Assembly (NCBI GenBank): GCA_046726915.1
Contig: JBKPBS010000008.1
Coordinates: 10 to 64,009, forward strand
Direction: 5' to 3'
Length of the DNA: 64,000 nucleotides
From: Actinomycetota bacterium
Lineage (GTDB): Bacteria > Actinomycetota > Thermoleophilia > Solirubrobacterales > Thermoleophilaceae
Each line of letters starts with the position of its first letter. Position 1 is the first letter of the stretch. The position numbers and the translations under genes were made by a program. The notes under the pieces are model-generated. The model saw only the letters and a list, made by a program, of their open reading frames with translations. It had not been told where the DNA came from and did not search any database. Below, piece after piece: positions 54,066-62,637 of the stretch.

Positions 54066-54791
54066 ATGGCGGTCAGAGACCGGCTGCGGGCGCGCCGCCT
54101 TACGCGCCTCGTCGCTCCGCCCCCGGAGGCCCGGCCTCACGAGGGTGAGACGCTTGCCGAGCGCTACAGCCGGATGGCTCACGAGGGCTGGCGGCCGGCG
54201 CGGGTCGACTTCGCGCTGCGCGCGCTCGACGTCGTCATCGCGGCGATGGCTCTGCTCGCGCTCTCGCCGCTGCTGGCAGTGGTCTGGATGCTCGTTCGGC
54301 TCGACTCGCGGGGGCCGGCGGTGTATCGCGGGCTTCGCGTGGGCAAGGCGGGCCGCGTCTTCACCATGTTCAAGTTCCGCACGCTCCGGGTCGACGCCGA
54401 GTCGCGGCTGGGGCCCTACCTGGGAGCGGAGCTGACGCGCCTCACGGAGGACGAGACCACGAGGATTGGCCGCCGGTTGCGCGGCGCCCATCTCGACGAG
54501 CTCCCGCAGCTCGTCAACGTCCTTGCGGGAGACATGAGCATCGTGGGCCCGCGCCCGATCCGGCCGGCGTTCTTCGAGCAGCTCTGCGAGCGCATCCCGC
54601 AGTACTGGCAGCGGCTCGTGGTGCCGCCCGGCATGACCGGCTTCGCCCAGCTGCGAATGACGCGCGAGATGACCTGGGAGGAGAAGGTCGCCCACGACCT
54701 CGAGTACATCGCCGACCGCTCGCCGCGGCTCTACCTCGGCGTGATCGCCGAGACCGCCGCCGCGATCCCGCGTCGCGCGCGCGCCGGCTGA
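54066..54791 (+). CDS. Polyprenyl-phosphate sugar-phosphate transferase (bacterial sugar transferase family)
   Basis: RALDVVIAAMALLALSPLL, FKFRTL and DELPQLVNVLAGDMSIVGPRP. Confidence 0.9.
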   Translation: MAVRDRLRARRLTRLVAPPPEARPHEGETLAERYSRMAHEGWRPARVDFALRALDVVIAAMALLALSPLLAVVWMLVRLDSRGPAVYRGLRVGKAGRVFTMFKFRTLRVDAESRLGPYLGAELTRLTEDETTRIGRRLRGAHLDELPQLVNVLAGDMSIVGPRPIRPAFFEQLCERIPQYWQRLVVPPGMTGFAQLRMTREMTWEEKVAHDLEYIADRSPRLYLGVIAETAAAIPRRARAG

Positions 54792-54793
54792 CC

Positions 54794-56695
54794 ATGTGCG
54801 GCATCTGCGGTATCGCAGCCGGGCGCGGCGGCGCGCCGGACCCGGAGGCGCTCGCGGCGATGAGCGCCACGCTCGTGCACCGTGGGCCGGACGACGACGG
54901 ACAGCTCGTCGCGCCTCCGGTCGGCCTGGCGGCCCGGCGCCTGTCGATCATCGACCTCGCCGGAGGCCACCAGCCGATCGCGAACGAGGACGGGCGGGTC
55001 GTGGTCGTCCAGAACGGCGAGATCTACAACCACGAAGAACTGCACCGGGAGCTCGCGGCGGCCGGGCACGAGTTCCGCACGCGCTGCGACACCGAGGCGA
55101 TCGTGCACCTGTTCGAGGAGCTCGGCGACGGGTTCGCCGAGCGCCTGCGCGGGATGTTCGCCGTGGCGTTGTGGGACGGGCGGCAGAATCGCCTCGTTCT
55201 CACGCGCGACCGCTTCGGCATCAAGCCGCTGTTCTACTGGGAGTCGCCCGACGGCGGCCTGGCGTTCGCCTCCGAGCTGAAGGCACTCATGGCGCTGCCC
55301 GGCTTCCCCACGGCGCTCGACATGCGCGGGCTCGAATCGCTGCTTGCGTTCAACTCGATTCCGCGGCCGCTGACGATCTTCGAGGGCGTGCGAAAGCTCG
55401 AGCCCGGCCATCTGCTCTCGTGGAGCCCCGACGCCGGGGCGCACGTCCGGCCGTACGCCCGCCCCGCGCCGGTGCCCGTCGAGCGCTTGCGGCGCGAGTC
55501 GGGCGCCAGCCTCGCGGCCGAGCTACGCGAGCGACTGCGCGATTCGGTCAGGGCCCATCTCATCGCTGACGTCCCCGTGGGCGTGCTGCTCTCGGGCGGC
55601 GTCGACTCCGCGACCCTGGCCGCGCTCGCCGCGCAGGAGAGCGGCGAGCGTGTCCGGACGTTCTCGATCGGCTTCCGCGAGCGCTCGTTCGACGAGCTCG
55701 AGCGCGCCCGGCTCGTGGCACGCCGATACAACACCGACCATCATGAGCTCGTCGTCGAGCCGGACGTGGCAGAGCTGCTCACACGGCTGGCGGAGGTGTT
55801 CGACGAGCCGCTCGCCGACTCGTCCGCCGTCCCGACCTACCTCGTCTCCGAGCTTGCGTCTAGAAATGTGAAGGTGGCGCTGTCGGGCGAGGGCGGCGAC
55901 GAGCTGTTCGGCGGTTACTACACATACGTGGCGGACTCGCTTGCCCCGCGGCTCGGCCGTCCAGCGGCGGCGCTCCGGCCGCTGATCGAGCGACTCCCTA
56001 GCTCGTCCGCGCGTGTGAGCTTCGACTACAAGGCGAAGCGGTTCGCGCGCGGTGGCGCGCTCCCGCCGCTTGAGCGGCACCACGCGTGGAAGGAGATCTT
56101 CTCGGCCGATCTGAGGGCGGAGCTGCTCGCGGCGCCCGCAGCCGCGGGATTCGATCCGCTGGACGTGTACCGGGAGCGTTACGCCGCGACCGCGGGCGCC
56201 GAGCCGCTCGCGCGCCTTCAGGACGTCGACCGCGACATCTACCTCGTCGACGACCTGCTCGTGAAGACGGACCGCGCCAGCATGGCGCACTCGCTCGAGG
56301 TGCGTGTGCCGTTCCTCGACACGATGGTCACGGACCTCGCGCTGGCCGTGCCGAGCAGCCGGCACCTGCGCGGCTTCCAGAGGAAGCGGCTGCTGCGACG
56401 TGCTGTCGCGCCGCTCTTGCCGCGGCGCGTTCTCCACGGACGGAAGCGCGGCTTCTCGATCCCGGCGGCCGCCTGGCTCCGGGGCGAGCTGCAGCCGTTC
56501 GCGCGCGACGTGCTGGCGCCGGAGACGGTGCGCCGCCAGGGTCTGTTCCGGCCCGAGGTTGTGGAGCGCCTGCTCTCGGAGCACGCGGCGGGCCGCGTCG
56601 ACCACAGCCGCCAGATCTGGTGCCTCATGACGCTCGGGCTCTGGCTCGAGCGCTATGGGGCCCGCCGGGAGGTCCCCTACCCTCTGGCAGGGTGA
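54794..56695 (+). CDS. asnB: Asparagine synthase (glutamine-hydrolysing) family amidotransferase
   Basis: N-terminal nucleophile MCGICGI, NGEIYNHEEL and PP-loop LLSGGVDSA. Confidence 0.9.
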   Translation: MCGICGIAAGRGGAPDPEALAAMSATLVHRGPDDDGQLVAPPVGLAARRLSIIDLAGGHQPIANEDGRVVVVQNGEIYNHEELHRELAAAGHEFRTRCDTEAIVHLFEELGDGFAERLRGMFAVALWDGRQNRLVLTRDRFGIKPLFYWESPDGGLAFASELKALMALPGFPTALDMRGLESLLAFNSIPRPLTIFEGVRKLEPGHLLSWSPDAGAHVRPYARPAPVPVERLRRESGASLAAELRERLRDSVRAHLIADVPVGVLLSGGVDSATLAALAAQESGERVRTFSIGFRERSFDELERARLVARRYNTDHHELVVEPDVAELLTRLAEVFDEPLADSSAVPTYLVSELASRNVKVALSGEGGDELFGGYYTYVADSLAPRLGRPAAALRPLIERLPSSSARVSFDYKAKRFARGGALPPLERHHAWKEIFSADLRAELLAAPAAAGFDPLDVYRERYAATAGAEPLARLQDVDRDIYLVDDLLVKTDRASMAHSLEVRVPFLDTMVTDLALAVPSSRHLRGFQRKRLLRRAVAPLLPRRVLHGRKRGFSIPAAAWLRGELQPFARDVLAPETVRRQGLFRPEVVERLLSEHAAGRVDHSRQIWCLMTLGLWLERYGARREVPYPLAG

Positions 56696-57876
56696 GCGAG
56701 CTCGACAACGCTCTGGGCGGCTTTGCGCTGGCGCTCGTCGTCGCCTGGATCGTCACACCCGTCGCGGTTCGCGTGGCGTGGCGCCTCGGCGCTATCGACA
56801 CGCCTCGCGCACGCGGTCTGCACACGTTTCCGACGCCGCGGCTCGGCGGTCTGGCGATCCTCGCCGCGGTTGCAGCTTCCGGTCTCATCTTCCTCGACCC
56901 GAACGACGAGACCCGAGGGATCCTCGGCGGGGCGCTCGTCATAGCGGTCGTCGGAGCGGCCGACGACCTACTCGATCTGTCGCCGGACGTGAAGCTGCTG
57001 GGACAGATCCTGGCCGCGGTCATCCCAGTCGCCTCCGGTGTGCGGGTCGAGGACTTCACGCTGCCGTTCGTCGGCCGCGTCGAGCTCGGCGACCTGTCGT
57101 ATCCCGCAACCGTCGCCGGGATGGTCGCCGTCATGAACGTCGTCAACTTCATCGACGGTGTCGACGGGCTGGCGGCGGGGATCTGCACGATTGCTGCAAT
57201 CACGTTCGGGGTGATCGCGCTGTCGCTCGATCGCGGCCCGGCGGGCATCCTCGCGGCGATCACGGCCGGCGCCGCGCTCGGGTTTCTCCGGCACGGGTTC
57301 CATCCGGCCACGATCTTCCTCGGCGATTCCGGGTCCAACCTGCTCGGCTACCTGCTCGCCGCGATCGCGGTGCAGGGCGCTCTGAAGACGAACGCCGTGA
57401 TCGCCCTCGTGTTCCCGTTGATCGTGCTGGCCGTGCCGATCCTCGACGGAGGCTTCGTGATCGCGAAGCGGATCAAGTACGGACGGCCCGTTTACCTGGC
57501 GGACCGCTCGCACTTCCACCACCGCTTCTCGAACATCGGGTTCTCGCCGCAGCGGACGGTGCTCTACCTGTACGCCTGGAGCAGCGTGCTGGCGCTCCTA
57601 GCCCTGGCGCTTCGGTTCGTGCCCTACTCCGACGACCACGGTCATTTCGACACCGGGTGGACGCTCGTCCTGCTCGCGTTCGGGCTGCTCGCGCTCGGGG
57701 CGAGCGTCTATCTCGTGACGGTGCTCGAGATCCTCAAGTTCCGCAGCTTCCGCGAACGCGAGATCAGGCGCCAGGTCGAGACGGGCGAGATGCCCGCTCT
57801 GACCAAGGAGGAGATCGAGCGCGAAATCGACCGCGAGGTCGAGACCGGCGAGTTCGACGCGATTGGCCGGCCCTGA
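56692..57876 (+). CDS. Glycosyltransferase family 4 (MraY/WecA-like polyprenyl-phosphate HexNAc-1-P transferase)
   Basis: GTG 56692 overlaps the asnB stop (GTGA). IDTPRARGLHTFPTPRLGG, GAADDLLDL, NVVNFIDGVDGLAAG and FLGDSGSN. Charged C-terminal tail with duplicated VETGE. Confidence 0.9.
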   Translation: MSELDNALGGFALALVVAWIVTPVAVRVAWRLGAIDTPRARGLHTFPTPRLGGLAILAAVAASGLIFLDPNDETRGILGGALVIAVVGAADDLLDLSPDVKLLGQILAAVIPVASGVRVEDFTLPFVGRVELGDLSYPATVAGMVAVMNVVNFIDGVDGLAAGICTIAAITFGVIALSLDRGPAGILAAITAGAALGFLRHGFHPATIFLGDSGSNLLGYLLAAIAVQGALKTNAVIALVFPLIVLAVPILDGGFVIAKRIKYGRPVYLADRSHFHHRFSNIGFSPQRTVLYLYAWSSVLALLALALRFVPYSDDHGHFDTGWTLVLLAFGLLALGASVYLVTVLEILKFRSFREREIRRQVETGEMPALTKEEIEREIDREVETGEFDAIGRP

Positions 57877-57895
57877 ATTCGGGCACCGACAAGAA

Positions 57896-58330
57896 ATGGC
57901 CGAACCAACCGAGGAGATCCAAGAGGTTCTGAACTTCCTGCTCCCCCGCGCGGAGCGCATGCTCAACGAGGACGGCGAGTTCTACCCCTACGCCGTGGCG
58001 CTCGACCGTGCGGGCACGATCGAGGCCGTGGCGCCCGCGGTCGAGACCGACGACCTCGACGTCGGCGACCTCCTTGTCGCGCTCCACAAGGATCTGCGCG
58101 AGCAGGCGGCCGAGGGCTCGATCCGCGCATCGGGAATCGCGGCCGATGTGATGTTGACCGATCCCGACAGCGGCGAGACGACCGACGCGGTCCAGCTCGA
58201 GCTCGACCACGCTGACGGCGACGCCGTGGACATCTACGTGCCCTACGAGAGCGCCGACGACGGCGTGAAGTTCGGCGAGCTGGTGTCGGCGGTGGGACGC
58301 GAGCCGGTGTTCGACTCCTCGCCGGCCTAG
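57896..58330 (+). CDS. Acidic hypothetical protein (144 aa)
   Basis: ATG 57896 (MAEPTEEIQEVLNFLLPRAERMLNEDGEFYPYAVALD...). Balanced composition. Family not recognised. Confidence 0.55.
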   Translation: MAEPTEEIQEVLNFLLPRAERMLNEDGEFYPYAVALDRAGTIEAVAPAVETDDLDVGDLLVALHKDLREQAAEGSIRASGIAADVMLTDPDSGETTDAVQLELDHADGDAVDIYVPYESADDGVKFGELVSAVGREPVFDSSPA

Positions 58331-60393
58331 AAGAGCTTGGTCTGAGCGGGCTCGCGCGGGGGCCGGGGCAAGGGGAGGGTGACCGGGTCCTGCTCCGGAG
58401 CCGACATTCGCATCGACCGAGTCCCGGAGCCCGGCCGCAGCAGCGCCTGGATACGCTCGCGCTCCGCCTTGCCGACGTACGCGCCGCGCGCATAGAGCTG
58501 CTCGTACCGAGGCACCAGATCCGGCCGGTATGAGCGAAGCCACTCGAAGAAGATGTCGCGCACCTCACCGCGCAGGTGGAGCGGAATGCCGCCGATGTTC
58601 ACGGCGCCCGCCTCCCCGCAGAGCTCGAGGATCTCCTCGACCTGCTTCGGTGAGTCGTTGATGCCGGGCATCAGCGGCGCGATCAGCACGCCGGTCGGAA
58701 TCCCGGCCCGGTTCAGCTCGGCCACCGCCTCGATGCGCTTGCGCGGATGCGGCGTGTGCGGCTCGCTGGCGCGCCAGGCCTTCTCCTCGAGCGTCGGGAT
58801 CGAGAGGTTGGCCGCGAAGCCGGCCACCTCGTGAATCTGCTTGAACAGCTCGATGTCGCGAAGTAGCAGCGGCGACTTGGTGAGCACGGACGAGGGCGTG
58901 CCCGAATCCCGCATGGCCTCCCAGATCCCCGGCATCAGCCGGTAGCGCCCCTCGACCCACTGATACGGATCCGTATTGGTCCCAAGAGCAACGTGCTCCC
59001 GCTTCCACGACGGCCGCATCAACTCCGCCCGGGCAACCTCCGGAACGTTGACCTTGACGACGATCTCCTTCTCGAAGTCACGGCCGGCGTTGAAGTCGAG
59101 ATAGGTGTGGGTGGGCCGGGCGAAGCAGTTGTGACTCACGACGCCGTTCGCGATGAAGTCACCCGTACCGGTTGTGATGTCGTAGAGGCGATAGCCGCGT
59201 CCGAGAGGCTCGATCTCAGCAACCCTGAGCTTCGCCGGGTTCTTAAGCGCGACGGTCTCTATGTCGCGCTTGCGTGTGATCGCGGGGTCGACCGTGTGGA
59301 AAAAGCGCAGCTTCTCGCCCAGGCCTCCGAGCAACCGAACCACGCGCAAACCGTTCGTCCGCCCGTAATCCTCGACCACGTGGCGAAAGCCAAGTGCACG
59401 CAGCGACCAGCACGTCCAATCGATGATCTGAGGATCGGTGTTCGAGATCCGGATCGCGCCGCCGTGGTGCCCCTCCGCATCGTAAATGCCAGCGAGGAAG
59501 CCTTTGCACCACTCGGGCCGCACCCCGCGGGGCCATTCGATCATCTCTGTAATCGCCGCGATGTCCTGCTGTCCGCCGGCGACGAGAGCGCGCATTGAGC
59601 GTCGCCCGGCCGAGGCAAAAGCGGACTCCCGCGCGCGTACCCCCAGTGCTTCGTCGAGGTATTGCTTCGTCCGGTCAAGCGCCTCGTAATCCGTCAGAGC
59701 GAGCCGGAATCGGTTGAATCGGTGTCGCCGACCATCCGATCCTTCGCGGATCCCTGATGCGAGGTGCGCGTCGCCGCGGATAATTCCGCAGAGGTAGCCC
59801 CGGCGGTAGTCCAGCCAGTGCTCCGGTTGCTCCGCGAACGCCCCGGTCCCGATGAGCTTGTCGTTCAAGGTCAGGTGGGCCCGATCAGGACCGCGGGCAT
59901 TGTTCAGTACGTGCTTCCAGCCGCGCTGGGTCAGGAAACGGTGGTCGCCGCTCGCGATCAGTTCCGTCCCGTCTTCGAGCGTGACCCGGTACGCGGGCTT
60001 GATCGTGGACCAGTGATCGAGGACCTCGGTCACCCAGTAGCGCCTGTATCGCCCTCGCCGAACCGTCCCGTAGACGAAGTCGCCAGGTCGAACCTCGGCG
60101 ATCGGCTTCGTCCTGCCATCACCCATAAGGATTGGGGTTATACCCCATACGCAGTACAGGCAGGAATGGGTGCATCCTCTGTACGGGTTGATCGTCCAGC
60201 GGAAGGGCATCCGGGATGCGTTCGGAACCCTGTTCAGTGCTGACTTCGCCCTGACTTCGTAGAAGCGGGTGTCGAGGGCCTCGGGTGCGTCGAAGGTGCG
60301 CACGGTCGCGGGCTCGCGGTAGCCCGGAAGGGTGCGGGCGTCGTCGGCGTCGACCTTCAGGTTGTCCCAGCGCACGAACACATGTTCGCACAT
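58327..60393 (-). CDS. Radical SAM protein (Rv2578c-like family) interrupted by an in-frame intein
   Basis: Exteins: ...FRWTINPYRGCTHSCLY / CFARPTHTYLDFNAGRDFEKEIVVKVN...LGTNTDPYQ...IAPLMPGINDS.... Joining them restores CTHSCLYC (CX3CX2C). Confidence 0.9.
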   Translation of the reverse strand: MCEHVFVRWDNLKVDADDARTLPGYREPATVRTFDAPEALDTRFYEVRAKSALNRVPNASRMPFRWTINPYRGCTHSCLYCVWGITPILMGDGRTKPIAEVRPGDFVYGTVRRGRYRRYWVTEVLDHWSTIKPAYRVTLEDGTELIASGDHRFLTQRGWKHVLNNARGPDRAHLTLNDKLIGTGAFAEQPEHWLDYRRGYLCGIIRGDAHLASGIREGSDGRRHRFNRFRLALTDYEALDRTKQYLDEALGVRARESAFASAGRRSMRALVAGGQQDIAAITEMIEWPRGVRPEWCKGFLAGIYDAEGHHGGAIRISNTDPQIIDWTCWSLRALGFRHVVEDYGRTNGLRVVRLLGGLGEKLRFFHTVDPAITRKRDIETVALKNPAKLRVAEIEPLGRGYRLYDITTGTGDFIANGVVSHNCFARPTHTYLDFNAGRDFEKEIVVKVNVPEVARAELMRPSWKREHVALGTNTDPYQWVEGRYRLMPGIWEAMRDSGTPSSVLTKSPLLLRDIELFKQIHEVAGFAANLSIPTLEEKAWRASEPHTPHPRKRIEAVAELNRAGIPTGVLIAPLMPGINDSPKQVEEILELCGEAGAVNIGGIPLHLRGEVRDIFFEWLRSYRPDLVPRYEQLYARGAYVGKAERERIQALLRPGSGTRSMRMSAPEQDPVTLPLPRPPREPAQTKLF
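59128..60153 (-). mobile_element. Class-1 intein with LAGLIDADG homing-endonuclease domain (342 aa)
   Basis: Starts CVWGITPILMGDG (block A). It carries SGDHRFLT (block B), two LAGLIDADG motifs (YLCGIIRGDAHL, FLAGIYDAEGH), and ends YDITTGTGDFIANGVVSHN followed by the +1 Cys. Codon positions were checked against the sequence (gca at 60151-60153 and at 59125-59127). The region looks less GC-rich than its flanks. Confidence 0.85.
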
Positions 60394-60418
60394 GGCCAGG
60401 ACGGTTGCCGGGACCCGC

Positions 60419-60844
60419 TCAGCGCTCTTCGCCGAAGGCCGTGAAGACGACCCGGCGCGGGCCGCCGTGATTCCGGTGCTCAGCCAGGTAGATGCCCTGC
60501 CAGGTGCCGAGTGCCAGCGCCCCGCGGGACACCGGGATCGTCAGTGAGGAGCCGGTCAGCGAGGCCTTGAGGTGGGCCGGCATGTCGTCGGGTCCTTCGA
60601 GGGTGTGGGCGAAGTAGTCGGCGCCGTCGGGGACGGCTCTGTCGAACCAGGTGGCGAAGTCCCGGCGCACGTCGGGTGAGGCGTTTTCGTTGATCGTCAG
60701 CGACGCGGACGTGTGCTGCATGAAGAGGGTCGCGATTCCCACCTCGAGACGGCCGAGATCGGGCACCGCGTCAACGATTTCGGAGGTTACGAGGTGGAAC
60801 CCGCGCGGTCGTGCACGGAGCTCGATCTGCTGCTGGATCCACAT
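60419..60844 (-). CDS. YjbQ/UPF0047-family protein (secondary thiamine-phosphate synthase-like)
   Basis: ATG 60844. FHLVTSEI...LFMQHTSASLTINENASPDVRRD...HLKASLTGSSLTIPV..G.LALGTWQGIYLAEHR. Confidence 0.9.
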   Translation of the reverse strand: MWIQQQIELRARPRGFHLVTSEIVDAVPDLGRLEVGIATLFMQHTSASLTINENASPDVRRDFATWFDRAVPDGADYFAHTLEGPDDMPAHLKASLTGSSLTIPVSRGALALGTWQGIYLAEHRNHGGPRRVVFTAFGEER

Positions 60845-60926
60845 CGCGCGCATTCTGGCGGTAACGGCAAAGCGCACATATTGTGACGCCAGGCCCGAAG
60901 GCTCGTAGACAGGCCAGAGGAGGAGC

Positions 60927-62582
60927 ATGGATCCGCCCCTCCGCGAGCGGTTGCGCTGGCGGAATGCGACAGGATACGGTGTCGGGCCGGCCGTCAGGCG
61001 GGCGCCGCTGGCTCCTACCGCCGCCCTCCTGTTCGGGGCCGCCGCACTGATCTGCCTGACGGGCCTGCTGGTGCCCGGCGACGCGCAGCTCGACGACGAC
61101 GTTCTGCTCGCCACGGCCGCCGCAGCGGCGCTCGGCTCCGCCTTCCTGCTCGTCGTCAACGAACGCGTGCCCGAGTGGACCTACCACCCCATCGGCGTGT
61201 TCGGCACCGCGGTGTCGACGGCCGCCGCGTACGGATGGGGCTCCGGAACCGCCTACGGACCGCTGCTCTACGTGTGGGTCACGATGTTCGCGTTCTACGT
61301 CTTCACCCGCGGCGCCGCCCTCGTGCATCTGGCGCTGATGGGCGTCGCCTACGCGTTCGCGCTCGTCCTCGAAGACCCGGCCGAGAACCCGCTCGACGGC
61401 TGGATCGCCACGGTGGGAACGCTGCTCGGCACCGGGCTCTTCGTCGCGTTCGTGCGCGACCGCCTCAGCAACATGTTCCACCGCCTCCGTGAAGCGGCCC
61501 ACCGGGACGCGCTCACCGACCTCCTCAACCGGCGCGGCTTCCAGGGCGTCTTCGACACGGAGCTCGAGCGCGCCCGGCGAGCCGACCAGCCGCTCAGCCT
61601 GATCGTCGGCGACATCGACCGTTTCAAGCGCGTGAACGACGCCCACGGCCACGCCGCCGGCGACGCCGTGCTCACGCGCGTGGCCGACGCCATCCGCGGC
61701 GCCAAGCGCGGCTTCGACAGCGCAGCCCGGGTCGGCGGAGAGGAGTTCGCGGTGCTCGCGCCGGACTGCGACGCGCATGGCGCCTACATGCTCGCGGAGC
61801 GCATCCGCGCCGCGGTGCACGAGGCGCTCTCCGCGAACGTCGAGGGCGGGCCGCTCACGATCAGCTTCGGCATCTCGACCTTTCCGCTGCACGGCCAGTC
61901 GGCGGACGGCCTCCTGAGCACAGCCGATCAGGCGCTCTACGCCGCCAAGCGCCTCGGCCGCAACCGTTCGGTCATCTCGAGCGCCGAGGTGCCGGGCATT
62001 CTCGCGCGCGCGTCGCGTTCCCGCGACGGCGACGCGCACGTCGAGCTCGCCGCGCTCCTGAACCTCGCCGAGGCGCTCGACGTGCGCGACACGGGGAGCG
62101 CGTCACACTGCCATCGCGTCGGGCGCTTCGCGGAGCTCGCCGCCCGCGAGCTCGGCCTGCCCCCGGAGATCGTGGAGCGCGTTCGGCTTGCGGGCATCCT
62201 CCACGACGTGGGCCGGGTGGCGCTGCCCGATCACGTCCTCGCAAAGCAGGGGCCGCTGACCGACGACGAGTGGGCCTGGATCCGAGCCCACCCGGCGGTC
62301 GGCGCGCGGATGATCGAGACGACCGAGTACGAGGACATCCGCTCATGGATCCTGTTCCACCACGAGCGCCCCGACGGCCGCGGTTACCCCGAGGGCCGCG
62401 GCGAGGACGACGTGCCGCTCGAGTCCGCGATCATCGGCGTGGCGGACGCTTACGAGGCCATGACGAGCGAGCGCCCGTACCGCTCCGCCCTCCCCGCCGA
62501 GGACGCTGCCGACGAGCTCCGCCGCGAGGCCGGGCGGCAGTTCCGTTCGGACGTGGTCGAAGCGCTGCTCCGGGGCGTGTGA
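60927..62582 (+). CDS. Membrane sensor with GGDEF (diguanylate cyclase) and HD-GYP (c-di-GMP phosphodiesterase) domains
   Basis: About 5 N-terminal TM helices. RDALTDLLNRRGF...VGDIDRFKRVNDAHGHAAGD...RVGGEEFAV, then HCHRVG...ILHDVGRV...HHERPDGRGYP. Confidence 0.9.
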   Translation: MDPPLRERLRWRNATGYGVGPAVRRAPLAPTAALLFGAAALICLTGLLVPGDAQLDDDVLLATAAAAALGSAFLLVVNERVPEWTYHPIGVFGTAVSTAAAYGWGSGTAYGPLLYVWVTMFAFYVFTRGAALVHLALMGVAYAFALVLEDPAENPLDGWIATVGTLLGTGLFVAFVRDRLSNMFHRLREAAHRDALTDLLNRRGFQGVFDTELERARRADQPLSLIVGDIDRFKRVNDAHGHAAGDAVLTRVADAIRGAKRGFDSAARVGGEEFAVLAPDCDAHGAYMLAERIRAAVHEALSANVEGGPLTISFGISTFPLHGQSADGLLSTADQALYAAKRLGRNRSVISSAEVPGILARASRSRDGDAHVELAALLNLAEALDVRDTGSASHCHRVGRFAELAARELGLPPEIVERVRLAGILHDVGRVALPDHVLAKQGPLTDDEWAWIRAHPAVGARMIETTEYEDIRSWILFHHERPDGRGYPEGRGEDDVPLESAIIGVADAYEAMTSERPYRSALPAEDAADELRREAGRQFRSDVVEALLRGV

Positions 62583-62637
62583 GGATCGGGGTAGCCCCTT
62601 TAAGGGACAGAGCCTTCCCGTCGATAACAACTGGGAA

